In this document: positions 54,498 through 64,000 of the stretch, in pieces
Position numbering within the stretch: position 1 is the first letter of the stretch
How the letters are laid out: each line of letters begins with the position of its first letter
Assembly (NCBI RefSeq): GCF_006345805.1
Contig: NC_043001.1
Location: 84,940,001-85,004,000 of the forward strand
Direction of reading: 5' to 3'
DNA length: 64,000 bases
Origin: Octopus sinensis
Taxonomy: Eukaryota
Position numbers and translations under genes: made by a program
The notes under the pieces: model-generated
Database searches by the model: none
What the model saw: the letters and a program-made list of their open reading frames with translations, nothing else
What the model was told of the DNA's origin: nothing

Positions 54498-57000
54498 TTG
54501 TCCCCGCAACATCGCTTGACAACTGATGCTGATGTGTTTACGTCCCCGTAACTTAACGGTTCGGCAAAATAGACCGATAGAATAAGTACTAGGGTCAATT
54601 TGCTCGATTAAAGGCTGTGCTCCAGCATGGCCACAGTCAAATTACTGAAACAAGTAAAAGAGCAAGAGGAAGTAATGCTTTGTGAAGAAGCAATGAATAA
54701 CTGTTCAGTGAGACAGGTCAGGGATGATAAGAGAAGTAGAAATTTATGAGGCTGATGTATCTGAGTTAGTAGGCATGCTGCAACGATGTTACAGGGCCAT
54801 ATGTTGAAACACATCGGCTCTGGGCTTCAATAGACAGAAGCAAAATAATTTACTAACATTATTTTTGTGCTACAATTTCATTGTGGTAGAATCAATAGAG
54901 TAAGTTACAATGTAATATTCTATTCAAATATGCTACAATGTAGTGTACCGTTATTCATGTATAATATAATGTAATGTTCAATTTACACTATATTCTCCTC
55001 ATATAAATATGGCTGGCATTGAGCCTATGTTTGAAATACATATATTTTCATGCTTCAAGCAGATGCAATTTTTCACCATATTAATCTTTTATATTTTCTA
55101 GCTATTATTTTCAGAGAAGCAGCGTGAAAAGATGGATATTGGGAGGTCACCATTGTTGTTGATATTGATATTATTACTGTTGTTTTCGTTATTGTTCTTA
55201 TTTTTTACACGATAATGGCGTCCATCAGGGTGATCGTCTCCATAACAACACCATGTTTTCCATTTCTTTCGATCATAATGGCGTTTAAGAATTATTTCAG
55301 GAATTTTGAATGCTTTCTTTTAGCACTTGTAATTGTTTCGATTCCTTGGCATTAGCTTTATCGTTGTCGTTGTATTTGTTGTTCTTGATCGTCTTGTTGT
55401 TGTACTTGTTTTTATGACTATTTTTGTTCTTGTTCTTACATTTGATTGATTGATTGATTGATCGTTCGAGTTCTGGTAATGAAATTAATGAAGATGATGA
55501 TGATGATGATGATGACGACGACAACGGCAACATCAACAACAACGAAAAGAATGATGATATTATTTACATATTTTCTCTTTCCAATTGACAGCGCGCGAAA
55601 ACCTTACGGTTCGAAACCACCTGTGAACGTGTCCTACCGTTTATGGAAGAGACTTTGCAGAGGTTTGATGGCGGCAACCTTTTCTTTATGGGAGAGAAGG
55701 TAACTCACTTCACTACACTTCAGTTCATCTCAATGGTTTCTATTTTATTTATTTATCCCGTTATTATACAACTCCTTATCGTCTATACTTTCGTTTTGTC
55801 ATCAGTTATGCTCCACGGATGTAAATTCAGGCAGCATTTATTGTAATAAATTCTTGTTGATTTTGTTGCTATTGTAATAATGTTTACTGTTATTGTTTGT
55901 AATACTGCTATTGTAACATATGTCAATATTGTTATATAGAATGCTGTTCTGCGTGTAATAGGGTGAAGAGTTCAATTCGAACTGGCACTAATATTAGAAA
56001 CATTAGATATATTTTCCGTCTATAATCTCCTCTCTCTTTCAGCCATTACTCATCCACCATCTTCTCCTCATTATGAACATCAATACTAGCATTAACATGA
56101 TCGCCATCATTACCATCAGCCTCATCATCTTTTTTATCGTCATCATCAGTCATCATTACCACCACCATCACTACCACCACATCAATCCTATCATTATAAT
56201 CATCATCAACATCATCGTCGTCAGGATAATATCACAAATAATTTGCCTCAATATCCTAAATGTTCCACCCATCTTTTATGTTTCCAGTTCAAATTCGTTT
56301 CAGACCAACTTTGTCTTCCAGTTTTCAGGGGCAGATAATTTATGTAAGTGTTTATAAGAATATACCCGAAGTGAAGTGTCTCGGTGAAGCGTTCTATTTA
56401 CTGAATGCAATTACAGTAGGCATTCACATACGTATTACGGAAAAAATAATTTCGATCCCTTGGAATTATTCCAAACGACATTAGAAAATGGATCCTCCAC
56501 TTGGAGTGTTGAATATCCAAGGGGAAAAAACAGTGAAATAACTCCATAAAGATCAGACAAGTGAAGTCTTTGAATGACTGAGATTGACTAGTTTGAAGTG
56601 GATCTGGTCTTTAAAGCAATCTGGCCAACACAATGGATATTTTTCTGTTGTATAAGACCTCATCAGCTAAATAAAATCTAGTGATTGCCCGAAACGTTGA
56701 ACCACCTTTCTTTCATTCCATGAGCGTCTGCCAAAGCTTTGCATGTACCATGTCCTCGCCGTGTTGCTTTTTTATTGTGTTTGTTCTTCGTTTTGGAAAG
56801 TTACTATATATATATATATATCGAGAGAATTCACAAAAAAAAACCAGAAGACGAAGACAGGTGGTGTAGACAACAAACAGTTGTATTAGTATAACGCTCG
56901 GGAAGTGAAAAAGTCTTTAACTTTTCGAGCCTACGCTCTTCCACAGAAAGGGACACAGAAAGAAACAAGGAGAGAAAATAAAGAATACACACACACATAT

Positions 57001-57031
<31 letters not shown>

Positions 57032-57551
57032 CGTGCAAACGTGCGTGTATGTATATGCATGCCGTTGTGTTGGTTTGTTTATTTCCATGTAACTCAACGT
57101 TTTGACAAAGAACCCAATGGCATAAGTACCAGACTTAATATAAAAGTACAGGGATCGATTTCTTCGATTTAGTCTTAAAATGTGGTGCTCCAGTATGGCC
57201 AAAATTTAACGACTGAAACAAGTATAACGTAGAAGATAAAGGGCATCAAAGATGATGTGAAGATTTATTTACTCAACTGTTCTTATCTATGTAAAACAAT
57301 CTCATGGGTTCGTACGAGAGTAATACCTTATAAATCGTTGTCGTTATTTCGTTTCTTTCTGTTTATTTTTAAATCTTATTTTACAGATGACTATGGCCGA
57401 TATGATGTGTTTCTGTGCCCTGGAGAACCCTATGAGAGAAAACCCGGCGCTGTTAAACTGTTACCCTAAACTTCAGGCATTGAGGAACAGAGTGATGAGT
57501 CACCATACCATTGCTCCTTACCTGACCAGACGGGGAATGACGGAGTTCTAA
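38639..57551 (+). CDS. S-crystallin (sigma-class glutathione S-transferase-derived cephalopod lens protein), 6 coding exons, 217 aa
   Basis: Manual splice join(38639..38777,48896..48991,51850..51965,54065..54094,55592..55699,57387..57551) gives an uninterrupted ORF: [217 protein letters not shown]. All five introns are GT..AG, phases 1,1,0,0,0. Motifs [20 protein letters not shown], QSMAIxRYLxREFG, DDYMRMY and [15 protein letters not shown] plus 21 Met (about 10%) are S-crystallin hallmarks. Confidence 0.95.
39297..39885 (+). mobile_element. Family-A SINE trimer in intron 1
   Basis: One full unit plus two head-less units starting at GGTATTTCGTCTG (about 39533 and 39717). Other single family-A copies: about 25960-26170(-), 29680-29810(+), 33500-33670(-), 49248-49445(+), 58300-58465(+), 61820-61985(-). 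Confidence 0.88.
40892..40942 (+). ncRNA. Minimal type I hammerhead ribozyme in S-crystallin intron 1 (sense)
   Basis: Stem I AGCUUC/GAAGCU (6 bp); CUGAAGA 40898-40904; stem II UUC-[UCUU]-GAA with U.U at 10.1/11.1 (non-canonical); GAA 40917-19; stem III ACAG-[UUCUAGUC]-CUGU; A17 at 40936 (GUA). Confidence 0.7.
43204..44229 (+). mobile_element. Non-autonomous Helitron (about 1.03 kb) in intron 1
   Basis: Inserted between A(43203) and T(44230); 5' TCTATATAAAAGGC followed by (TGTC)n; 3' CTAG preceded about 10 nt earlier by GC-rich hairpin CCCGAGCAACGCCGG; no TSD; no coding capacity. Confidence 0.8.
44335..44514. repeat. Imperfect foldback / MITE-like element
   Basis: TTGGTAC..ATATATTTGA..ATAGAAATGGC / GCCATTTCTAT..TCAAATATAT..GTACCAA outer arms plus inner AATTAGATGTTT/AAACATCTAATT. 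Confidence 0.6.
45409..45484 (+). ncRNA. Type I hammerhead ribozyme, canonical core, in S-crystallin intron 1 (sense)
   Basis: Stem I UCGCA(45409-13)/UGUGA(45480-84); core CUGACGA 45414-20; stem II GUCUA/UAGAC (G10.1-C11.1) with extended imperfect hairpin; GAA 45467-69; stem III ACC-[GCC]-GGU; C17 at 45479 (GUC triplet). Confidence 0.85.
47242..47895. mobile_element. Two adjacent Tc1/mariner end fragments in intron 1
   Basis: TACGAGAGTATACTGAAAAGTTCC mariner-type terminus at 47242; C-terminal remnant [17 protein letters not shown]...YFE* (+) ending in a TIR-like ...GTTTAGCCCGAACGCCCTGTA at 47895. Confidence 0.55.
48896..48991 (+). CDS. S-crystallin coding exon 2 (R47-G79)
   Basis: TTTCAG| acceptor at 48894-48895, G|GTAAAT donor; 96 nt, phase 1-1; encodes [31 protein letters not shown]. 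Confidence 0.95.
49592..49991 (+). mobile_element. Family-B CORE-type SINE with internal (TA)n(TG)n
   Basis: Head GTGTGGTAAG..GGTTCAGTCCC, CORE-like GGCACCTTGGGCAAGTG, internal SSR, 3' part ending GCGGTGCTCCAGCATG..TGACTGAAACAAGTAAAAGA. Other copies: 18338-18780(-), 25181-25300, 29840-30000(-), 40020-40182, 44962-45110, 52979-53420, 54270-54662; 3' parts at about 51540 and 57060-57240. Confidence 0.85.
51850..51965 (+). CDS. S-crystallin coding exon 3 (G79-V117)
   Basis: TTGTTTCAG| acceptor, GTG|GTAATT donor; 116 nt, phase 1-0; encodes [38 protein letters not shown]. Not in the supplied ORF track. Confidence 0.93.
54065..54094 (+). CDS. S-crystallin coding exon 4: 30-nt loop-insertion mini-exon ([10 protein letters not shown])
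   Basis: Long polypyrimidine tract TTTCTTTTTCTTTCATTGATTTCAG| and perfect GCG|GTAAGT donor; phase 0-0, stop-free; restores the loop length between helices 4 and 5 expected for S-crystallins. Confidence 0.8.
55592..55699 (+). CDS. S-crystallin coding exon 5 ([36 protein letters not shown])
   Basis: TTTTCTCTTTCCAATTGACAG| acceptor, AAG|GTAACT donor; 108 nt, phase 0-0. Confidence 0.93.
56820..56990 (-). mobile_element. Solo 3' tail of the same PLE family, antisense in S-crystallin intron 5
   Basis: Reverse complement reads CCCTTTCTGTGGAAGAGCGTAGGCTCGAAAAGTTAAAGACTTTTTCACTTCCCGAGCGTTATACTAATAC. A further deleted tail lies at about 42510-42680(+). Confidence 0.75.
57387..57551 (+). CDS. S-crystallin coding exon 6 (MTMADMMC...RRGMTEF*)
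   Basis: TTATTTTACAG| acceptor; 54 codons + TAA at 57549-57551; typical S-crystallin C-terminus. Confidence 0.95.
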   Translation: MTMADMMCFCALENPMRENPALLNCYPKLQALRNRVMSHHTIAPYLTRRGMTEF

Positions 57552-58101
57552 TTACAAAGAACTGACTAAATAATTGAAATTACATATGAAATTTAAAAAA
57601 ATAAGATAGAAATGGGATAATGGTTGATAGATATTTCAGAGAGAAACTGAATATTTCTCTTTTGAGTAGGAGTACATTTAAAGAATATAAACTGGATTCT
57701 ATTAGCTCTCCTAATTATATAATTGCCTGGTGCTGAGCTAAAAACAATGACTATATCAGCTGTCATATTTTATATAAGATTCTCATCGTCGACTGACACG
57801 AGGCCTATTTAATGGTATTCATTGATACCTTTAGATGAGTAGTTTCTGAAGAAAGAGAAGTCATGGCTTTCATCTTTGAATATGTGTTGGCTATTTCACC
57901 ATTTTTGTTGAATTTAAAACGAAGGAGTTGTGTTGTTTACTGCTAGTGTGATTCCGCACTCGACCAACACTGTAATGGATGCAACCATCAAAATAACTGC
58001 AACAATAAGAAGCATGTTTGAGAATTATAATTATGTATAGCTCAATGTTTATTGTTGTTTTCATTGTCTAATATGTAAAATAACGTGCGTGTTGTATTCA
58101 C

Positions 58102-58107
58102 AATAAA
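58102..58107 (+). terminator. Candidate polyadenylation signal of the S-crystallin mRNA
   Basis: AATAAA about 550 nt after the stop codon, followed by GT/T-rich downstream sequence (58140-58230). Confidence 0.45.
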
Positions 58108-59289
58108 CTCTTATGCTCCAAATAATTAAATTATAACTCATTTGTTCCTGTTATATTCCCTATGTTGTCTCACTTCCAAATTTTATTTTAGCGTGCTTCA
58201 TGTTTGTTTTGTTTTTGTTTTGTTTCTTTTTGTAAACTTGGGAATTGTCATGCGACCCAATATAGCAGAATCGTCAGCATGACGGATGGAGAAAATCCTT
58301 AGCAACAATTCGTCCAGCTCTTTCTTCTGAGCGCAAATGCCGCCGAGGTCGACTTTGCCTTTCCTTCTTTCTGGGTCGATAAAATGAATACCTGTGGAGT
58401 ATTGGAGTTGATGTAATCGACTTACTACCCTCCCTCGAAATCGCTCGCCTTGTGCCCGAATTTGAAATCAACATTTACTATTTCTATGAACGTATTAGCC
58501 TACAACTCTACTCGCTTATGAGAAAACTCAATGTGCTACAGAGTTCGATACAAGTTGGCAAAATGATTCCTAAATTGACAAATAAATACTATTCGACTGC
58601 AGAAAGAGAGAGAAAGAGAATGGGAGAAAAAGGAAGTGAGAAACAGAGAAGGAGCGAGATATGACCTAATTGTATACGTTGATAGTTGGATATCTTCGAA
58701 TCCCACAGATAGAGATAGTACTATATTTATGTGATTTGACATCAGCAAGTTGTTAAACAGATGTGTATGGTATTGTTGAAGTGACATTTTAATGTGTATT
58801 TTGCTCTTTCAAATAACGAACAAAACTGTTGGCCAAAGCTTATAACTGTTTGAGTATATATTCCTGATGTCAAGTAGAATTTTAATAAAGTTTCTAATGA
58901 ATTCGATAGAAATATTTCAAGCAATTTCAAACTCTCATTTATCAATACATATTAATATACTTTATGGGTTACAAATTGTAGAGAATAATATTTACAAAAA
59001 GATCGCCTTAAACGTATGAACATAAATTTGCAATAAAATATTTTCTACTTAGCTTGCATTAAATTAGATATCAAATGTTCAGTTTTACAAATAAAGAATT
59101 ACTATAACATAATTACTTACAAATAACATGAATAAACAAAATACCTGTTGTAAGAAAAAAGTAACAAGTGCGGCTAGACATAGGGTAGTTAGTATTTGGT
59201 GGTAATTTGTATGAATTTAGAAAAATACGTATAGCTCATCAATGAAGTGATGGATTTGGACGGAAATTGGCAGAAATAACCCCGAGAAA

Positions 59290-60170
59290 CATTTTATCAC
59301 ATCTATTCAATGAATATACCTTTAGCGTCAATAGATGCTTCAATACGAGGTCGGAAGCATTGAGATGCCCGAATCAGATGATCTTTATCAATTTTGTACA
59401 TAGGACTGGTTATGTTACACTTGAGAAATCGTATGGTGTTATGAGGATATTGATTGATGTCTCCCTTGACTGCTCCACACATGCAATAGTCCAACGTATT
59501 GATGTCTGATGAGGTAGGGAGGCCATGTGTCTGGCAGAACATGATCATGGACATTTGCATGCATCAATACTTGGGTTGCTCTAGACTTTTGAGATGACGC
59601 AAAGCCTTGTTGGATGAAGTATCCTCTTCCATTGCGTTCTCTATCCAGGTCCTCACAATTTTCTCCAACAACATCTCTGTTTAGACAGTGCCATTGACTT
59701 TTAAGCCCCGTGAAAAAAAAGTGAGGAGGCATGACATTTTCTGTGTTGCCTATGAGTCACAGAACCATCACAGTTGCTGGTAACGTAGTATAACCAATTG
59801 CCGTTCATGCGCTTTACTTTTGGTCCAGGTTATTGGTGTTTTAATTTGTTTAGCAAGCACTTTGCACGAATCGAACGATCATCTTATCACACACCACACG
59901 AATTGATTCCTCCAGATCACTTACAACTTGTAATGGTTGTTTTCATGCACAACTCTTTTGATGGTGTATTCTGAAACGCTGAAGCTATTTGCAAAGTTTT
60001 TGAACTTGTACATAGTTATACGTTTTGCTGTTATTAGGGCCCTGTACAGCGTTTAGCTTTTGATACTGGATCCCCGTTAGCAGCTACCGCTTCCTTTCGA
60101 ACTTTGACAACGAAGTATCAGACAACTATCAGAAAGTGAGCTATCTCTGTATCTCACTACGGTGCTTTCT
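59290..60170 (-). pseudogene. Decayed DD37D (maT-like) Tc1/mariner transposase
   Basis: Fragments MPPHFF, FIQQGFASSQKSRATQ, PDTWPP, DINTLDYCMCG..NQYPHNTI..IDKDHLIRASQCFRPRIEASIDAKGIFIE*. Confidence 0.8.
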
Positions 60171-62929
60171 AGGCTACGATTACAGCATGTTTTTGTTTTT
60201 CACTTGACGTCTGAAATTATTTATCTGAAACGTAAGGTAAAAGAAAAAGAAGAGGAAAGTTAGACCTCTTGAAAGACGTCTCCCCCAAAACTGATTCGCC
60301 CTGTGTATGTAAATATACAGCAAATACATATATATAATATATCGCAAATCGTTGGGAATTGAATGAAATATTTGTTACAAGTTTGTCAAGTGAGGATGAA
60401 TTGATTGGTTCTGAGCTCCGCGCGTCCATGGAAATGGACTTCTGCTGGCAATGTCTCACTGGAACAACAATCGTTCAAACACGTGCAATGATGAAAATTG
60501 ATATATTTTCCGGAGAATCAATTCTAATTGAGACAAAGAAACACTAGATGACAGGCGCCAAACTCAGCTTACACTTTGCAATCAAAAATAAGAAATTAAA
60601 ATAATAATAATAAAAGTGAGGATTTACGTAAAATTTAGGGCTTCAAAATTATTGAAATCATATAAATCCGGAAATTGCAACAAAACACTGGTGAAAGATT
60701 TGTGCATGCTTGTCGAGGAAAAATGAAGTGTATTGTCCTTGATCCCTTTAGTTCCACGAAGATGGAAGAGATTGCTATAGTTAATGTCTCGTTTGAGCAG
60801 CAATCGATCACTGTTCATAGAAAAAGCATGAACAGAGGTCGAAACTAGAATGTTTATCGGAGAATCACTTCCAATAAAAATTCAAAAACACAAGATTGTT
60901 ATGTTAAATCGGGCGGCATGCTAAGCTTGCTATCTGCATAAAACGAGGATTTATGAAAAATATAGATTTATAGAAATTATAGAAAACCTATAAAAACGGG
61001 AATTGCAATATACCATCGGAAAGGAATCGGAAAATATCGTAATTGAGTCGAAGACAGATAGCCTATCGATGTCTCTCGATAAAGTCTTTAGAGAATTCTT
61101 ATGAAAATAATCTATGGAGTCAGCTTGCCATTTTTATTTCAAACCAATATACAGAACAAATTGACTACATGTAAATAACTCACCAACATAATCAGATAGG
61201 ATGCAAATTAGATACGTGACTCCGATTTAATGTTTTAAGCAAGAGAAAGATAAATTTCATCATGGAAAGGAAGAATATTTCATGCTGGTTAATATTTCCA
61301 TATTATACGTACCCACTGCTATGAAACTAAGTAAACTTAGCTATTGTGGGATGTTCAATGAAATAAATCAGATTCGTCTTGAAAACTGTAGAAGCAAGCA
61401 TGTTAATATAATTATACTGAAACGTCCGACAACGGTGATACGTATGCAGACGCTGTTAAACATATATAGATTATCTGATGTAGAGAGTAATTCATAAACT
61501 ATTGAAAATTTTATTGCAAAATCATAGTGAAAGCATAAAAATCCTTGAGACTTCGAATCATGACTGGGTATATTATCGATTTATCTTCGTCTTCCGAGAA
61601 GTAGTCGAAATTAAATGTACAACAACACGATATGAATTTATAGTTTCTATATATCTGGATGAATAAAGTCAGTGTTTTCTTTAGGTATTAAGTTTAACTA
61701 ACTGAAAATATTTAGAAGCACAGAAATATAATGACAGAATATGGAATAAAATATGTTAGTGCTAAAATGAAGTCATACGACATTATGTAAATAGTAACAA
61801 AAATCCTTTCTACTATAGCGACAAGATTTGGACAACGACCCCAGTACTTGACTGGTACTTATTATTATTGAATCCAAAAGGATGAATGGAAAAGTCAACT
61901 TCTGTGGAATTTGAACTCAGAAGGATGAAATGCAGTTAAGTATTTTGTCTGGTATGATAATGATTTTGCCAGTTCGCTGCCCTAATGATATCAATAATAA
62001 TTTAAATCACAACTAATAATTATTTAAATCAACACGAATAATAATTTTAAATAATTCACCACTAAACATCCATGTTCGGAGATACATCTACCAAAGAGGA
62101 AAAAGAGCAATGAAGTGAATTTCGTTCTGTAAGCGTCATTCGATTACGATACGAGAAACATATCCTTTCACTCGGATGAACAAGGGCCGCGTCCCATTGA
62201 GCAGAACCAGACAAAGGTCGGAAAGTTTGCTTCTTGTTAGCAATATGAGTTTGGAGGTCTCTAATAACAAGACAAGTCCTTCTGAAGGTCTTCCATGCCT
62301 AACACCTGCAGGCACCAATCAAATCGAAAGATAAAAATACTCCAGGGGAGATAATAAACATGTCATTGAAGCTTACTCCACCAACATGTATCAACCAACA
62401 GACGTCTCAAACACCGAACATACAAAGTTTGGAGAGAAGAGAATCCTAGCATAAGACAGAACAAGATGACTTACGTCTAATAGCAATGAAATAAAACAAA
62501 ATAAACTCCAATTAATATAACTATCTTATGCCGCCTACTACGCACTCTCTCTTTATTTTGCACTACGGCCATAGTACAGAGGGTACAATATACGGATAGA
62601 CAGAATGAAAATGAATATGAAATGTGAGTTTTCATTGCTCACAAGGGGCCAACAAAGAAGGGGTGGCACAATCTGCTTTTAGTCAGATGAACGAATGAAT
62701 TTTGACTTATGAATTTTAAAATTTATCAAAATATAATGAAATCGAATGACAGGACACACCGGAAGACATTACGGATGGAGTGGGGAGGCGGGTTCATCAC
62801 GGACCCCAGGAGCCCCGCCGCACCACTGATGCATGTGACTCGTCTTGTATTGCATTCATGAGGTGACATTTATAAGCAACATTCGTGCAACATTCTTCCA
62901 TCGTCTGTCAAACATTTTCGCAGACAGGT

Positions 62930-64000
62930 ATTTTCTCCCTAGCCCTATTTTCCTCTTCAGGTGAAAGGTGAAGTAATTCACCAATTTAGGATCAGAAATG
63001 AAGATGCCTGACTTTAACCCAATCAATCTCGTCTACCAAATTACCTCTTTCGCAATTGCTACTACAATGAGAAAACAATTCTTACTTTCTTTCGATAGGA
63101 AATCAGGCGAGTCAACTTTTACTGTTGACTCAGTCAATAGCTGTCCTCTTCCTGCACTTGACAACAGTTGTTCAGCATAAATCCACACGTTTGAAACCTC
63201 CGAACACTGAACAATAGCGTTTGGACAGGTCGATGGGCCGTAGCCACCACGCCTTGTGAGCTTGTCCCGAACAGGTAAGGCTCCTCGGTAACATTGCCAT
63301 GCCAGAGACTTGTCAAAGTTGTCCAATGTATTCGGCCCGAATGTACTTTGAAAAAGACTGACCAGCTGATTATCATCGAGACCTAGGGTCACATTCCGCC
63401 TCTAGCAACCCTCTATAAAAGAATGAGGTGGAACCACTACCACAGGCGCTGCCCAAGCGACGGAATAGCAGGAGAGCCTTACGACACTCAGTAAACCATG
63501 TACCCAACTTCGATCTTCGATAGAACCATGTTTCTCGTCCAGCGAAACTAGTGAACTTGGGAAACATCCGTTTCGCTAGCGGAGACAACACACGTTCACC
63601 ATCCAGGTAGAGTCACAGCTGCCTCAACCACAGCGCATCTCTGCGCATCAACAGTCAAGGCTTCCCTATTCCACCCTTTAACGGTTGTTGGCAGCAAATA
63701 GAACATCTCACAAGCCGTTTCGAGCCCTTCCACAAGAAGTGGAAGAGCTGTCTTTCCAGCTTGATCAACCACGAATCAGGGTAAGGAACGACGGTTAGAC
63801 GGTAGTTGATGACCGATGCGATGAACATATTGACCACCTCCGCCCTCCCTTTCAGGGATAGCCATCGCCAAGACCAGTTGTTGCCTATGTGGGTTACCCT
63901 GCTCGATACCTCGGCACATTTCTTCTCTATTTGGCGGTCTGACCCAAACCAATCTCCTAGCACGTTAATCGTACCCTCCATCCGACTGATTTTTCAGAGC
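62930..64000 (-). mobile_element. L1/Tx1-clade LINE ORF2 C-terminal remnant (runs off the window)
   Basis: VLGDWFG..LSLKGRAEVVNMFIASVINYRLTV..LERQLFHFLWKG..QQPLKGGIG, then LAWQCYRGALPVRDKL..TCP and IVVAIAKEVIW; frameshifted. Confidence 0.85.

Noticed and set aside
55102-55145. Alternative candidate for S-crystallin exon 4 (..[10 protein letters not shown]..)
   Set aside because: No acceptor and donor pair with a credible donor gives phase 0-0, and the donor (GTCACC) is weak. 54065-54094 fits much better.

Overview
AT-rich, microsatellite-saturated eukaryotic DNA, almost certainly from a cephalopod and probably an octopus. This is inferred from the gene and repeat content, not from a database search. 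I found one host protein-coding gene, a 6-exon S-crystallin (sigma-class GST-derived lens protein) on the + strand, CDS join(38639..38777,48896..48991,51850..51965,54065..54094,55592..55699,57387..57551), 217 aa. All its introns are GT-AG with consistent phases, and it has a CCAAT/AP-1/TATA proximal promoter candidate. The rest is repeat-derived: three tRNA-headed SINE families (about 30 copies), Penelope-like element (PLE) remnants, a hAT element with TIRs and an 8-bp TSD, a full-length decayed Tc1 element, other Tc1/mariner and pogo fragments, a non-autonomous Helitron, an L1/Tx1 LINE fragment, foldback elements and many SSRs. Most ORFs in the supplied track are microsatellite or SINE artefacts. 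The most notable unannotated signal is a set of type I hammerhead ribozyme motifs read by eye. Four sequence-unrelated, near-canonical ones lie on the + strand between 35.8 and 45.5 kb, two of them in sense orientation inside S-crystallin intron 1. A variant-core hammerhead-like motif also ends three copies of one PLE family. None of the folds were computed or tested.
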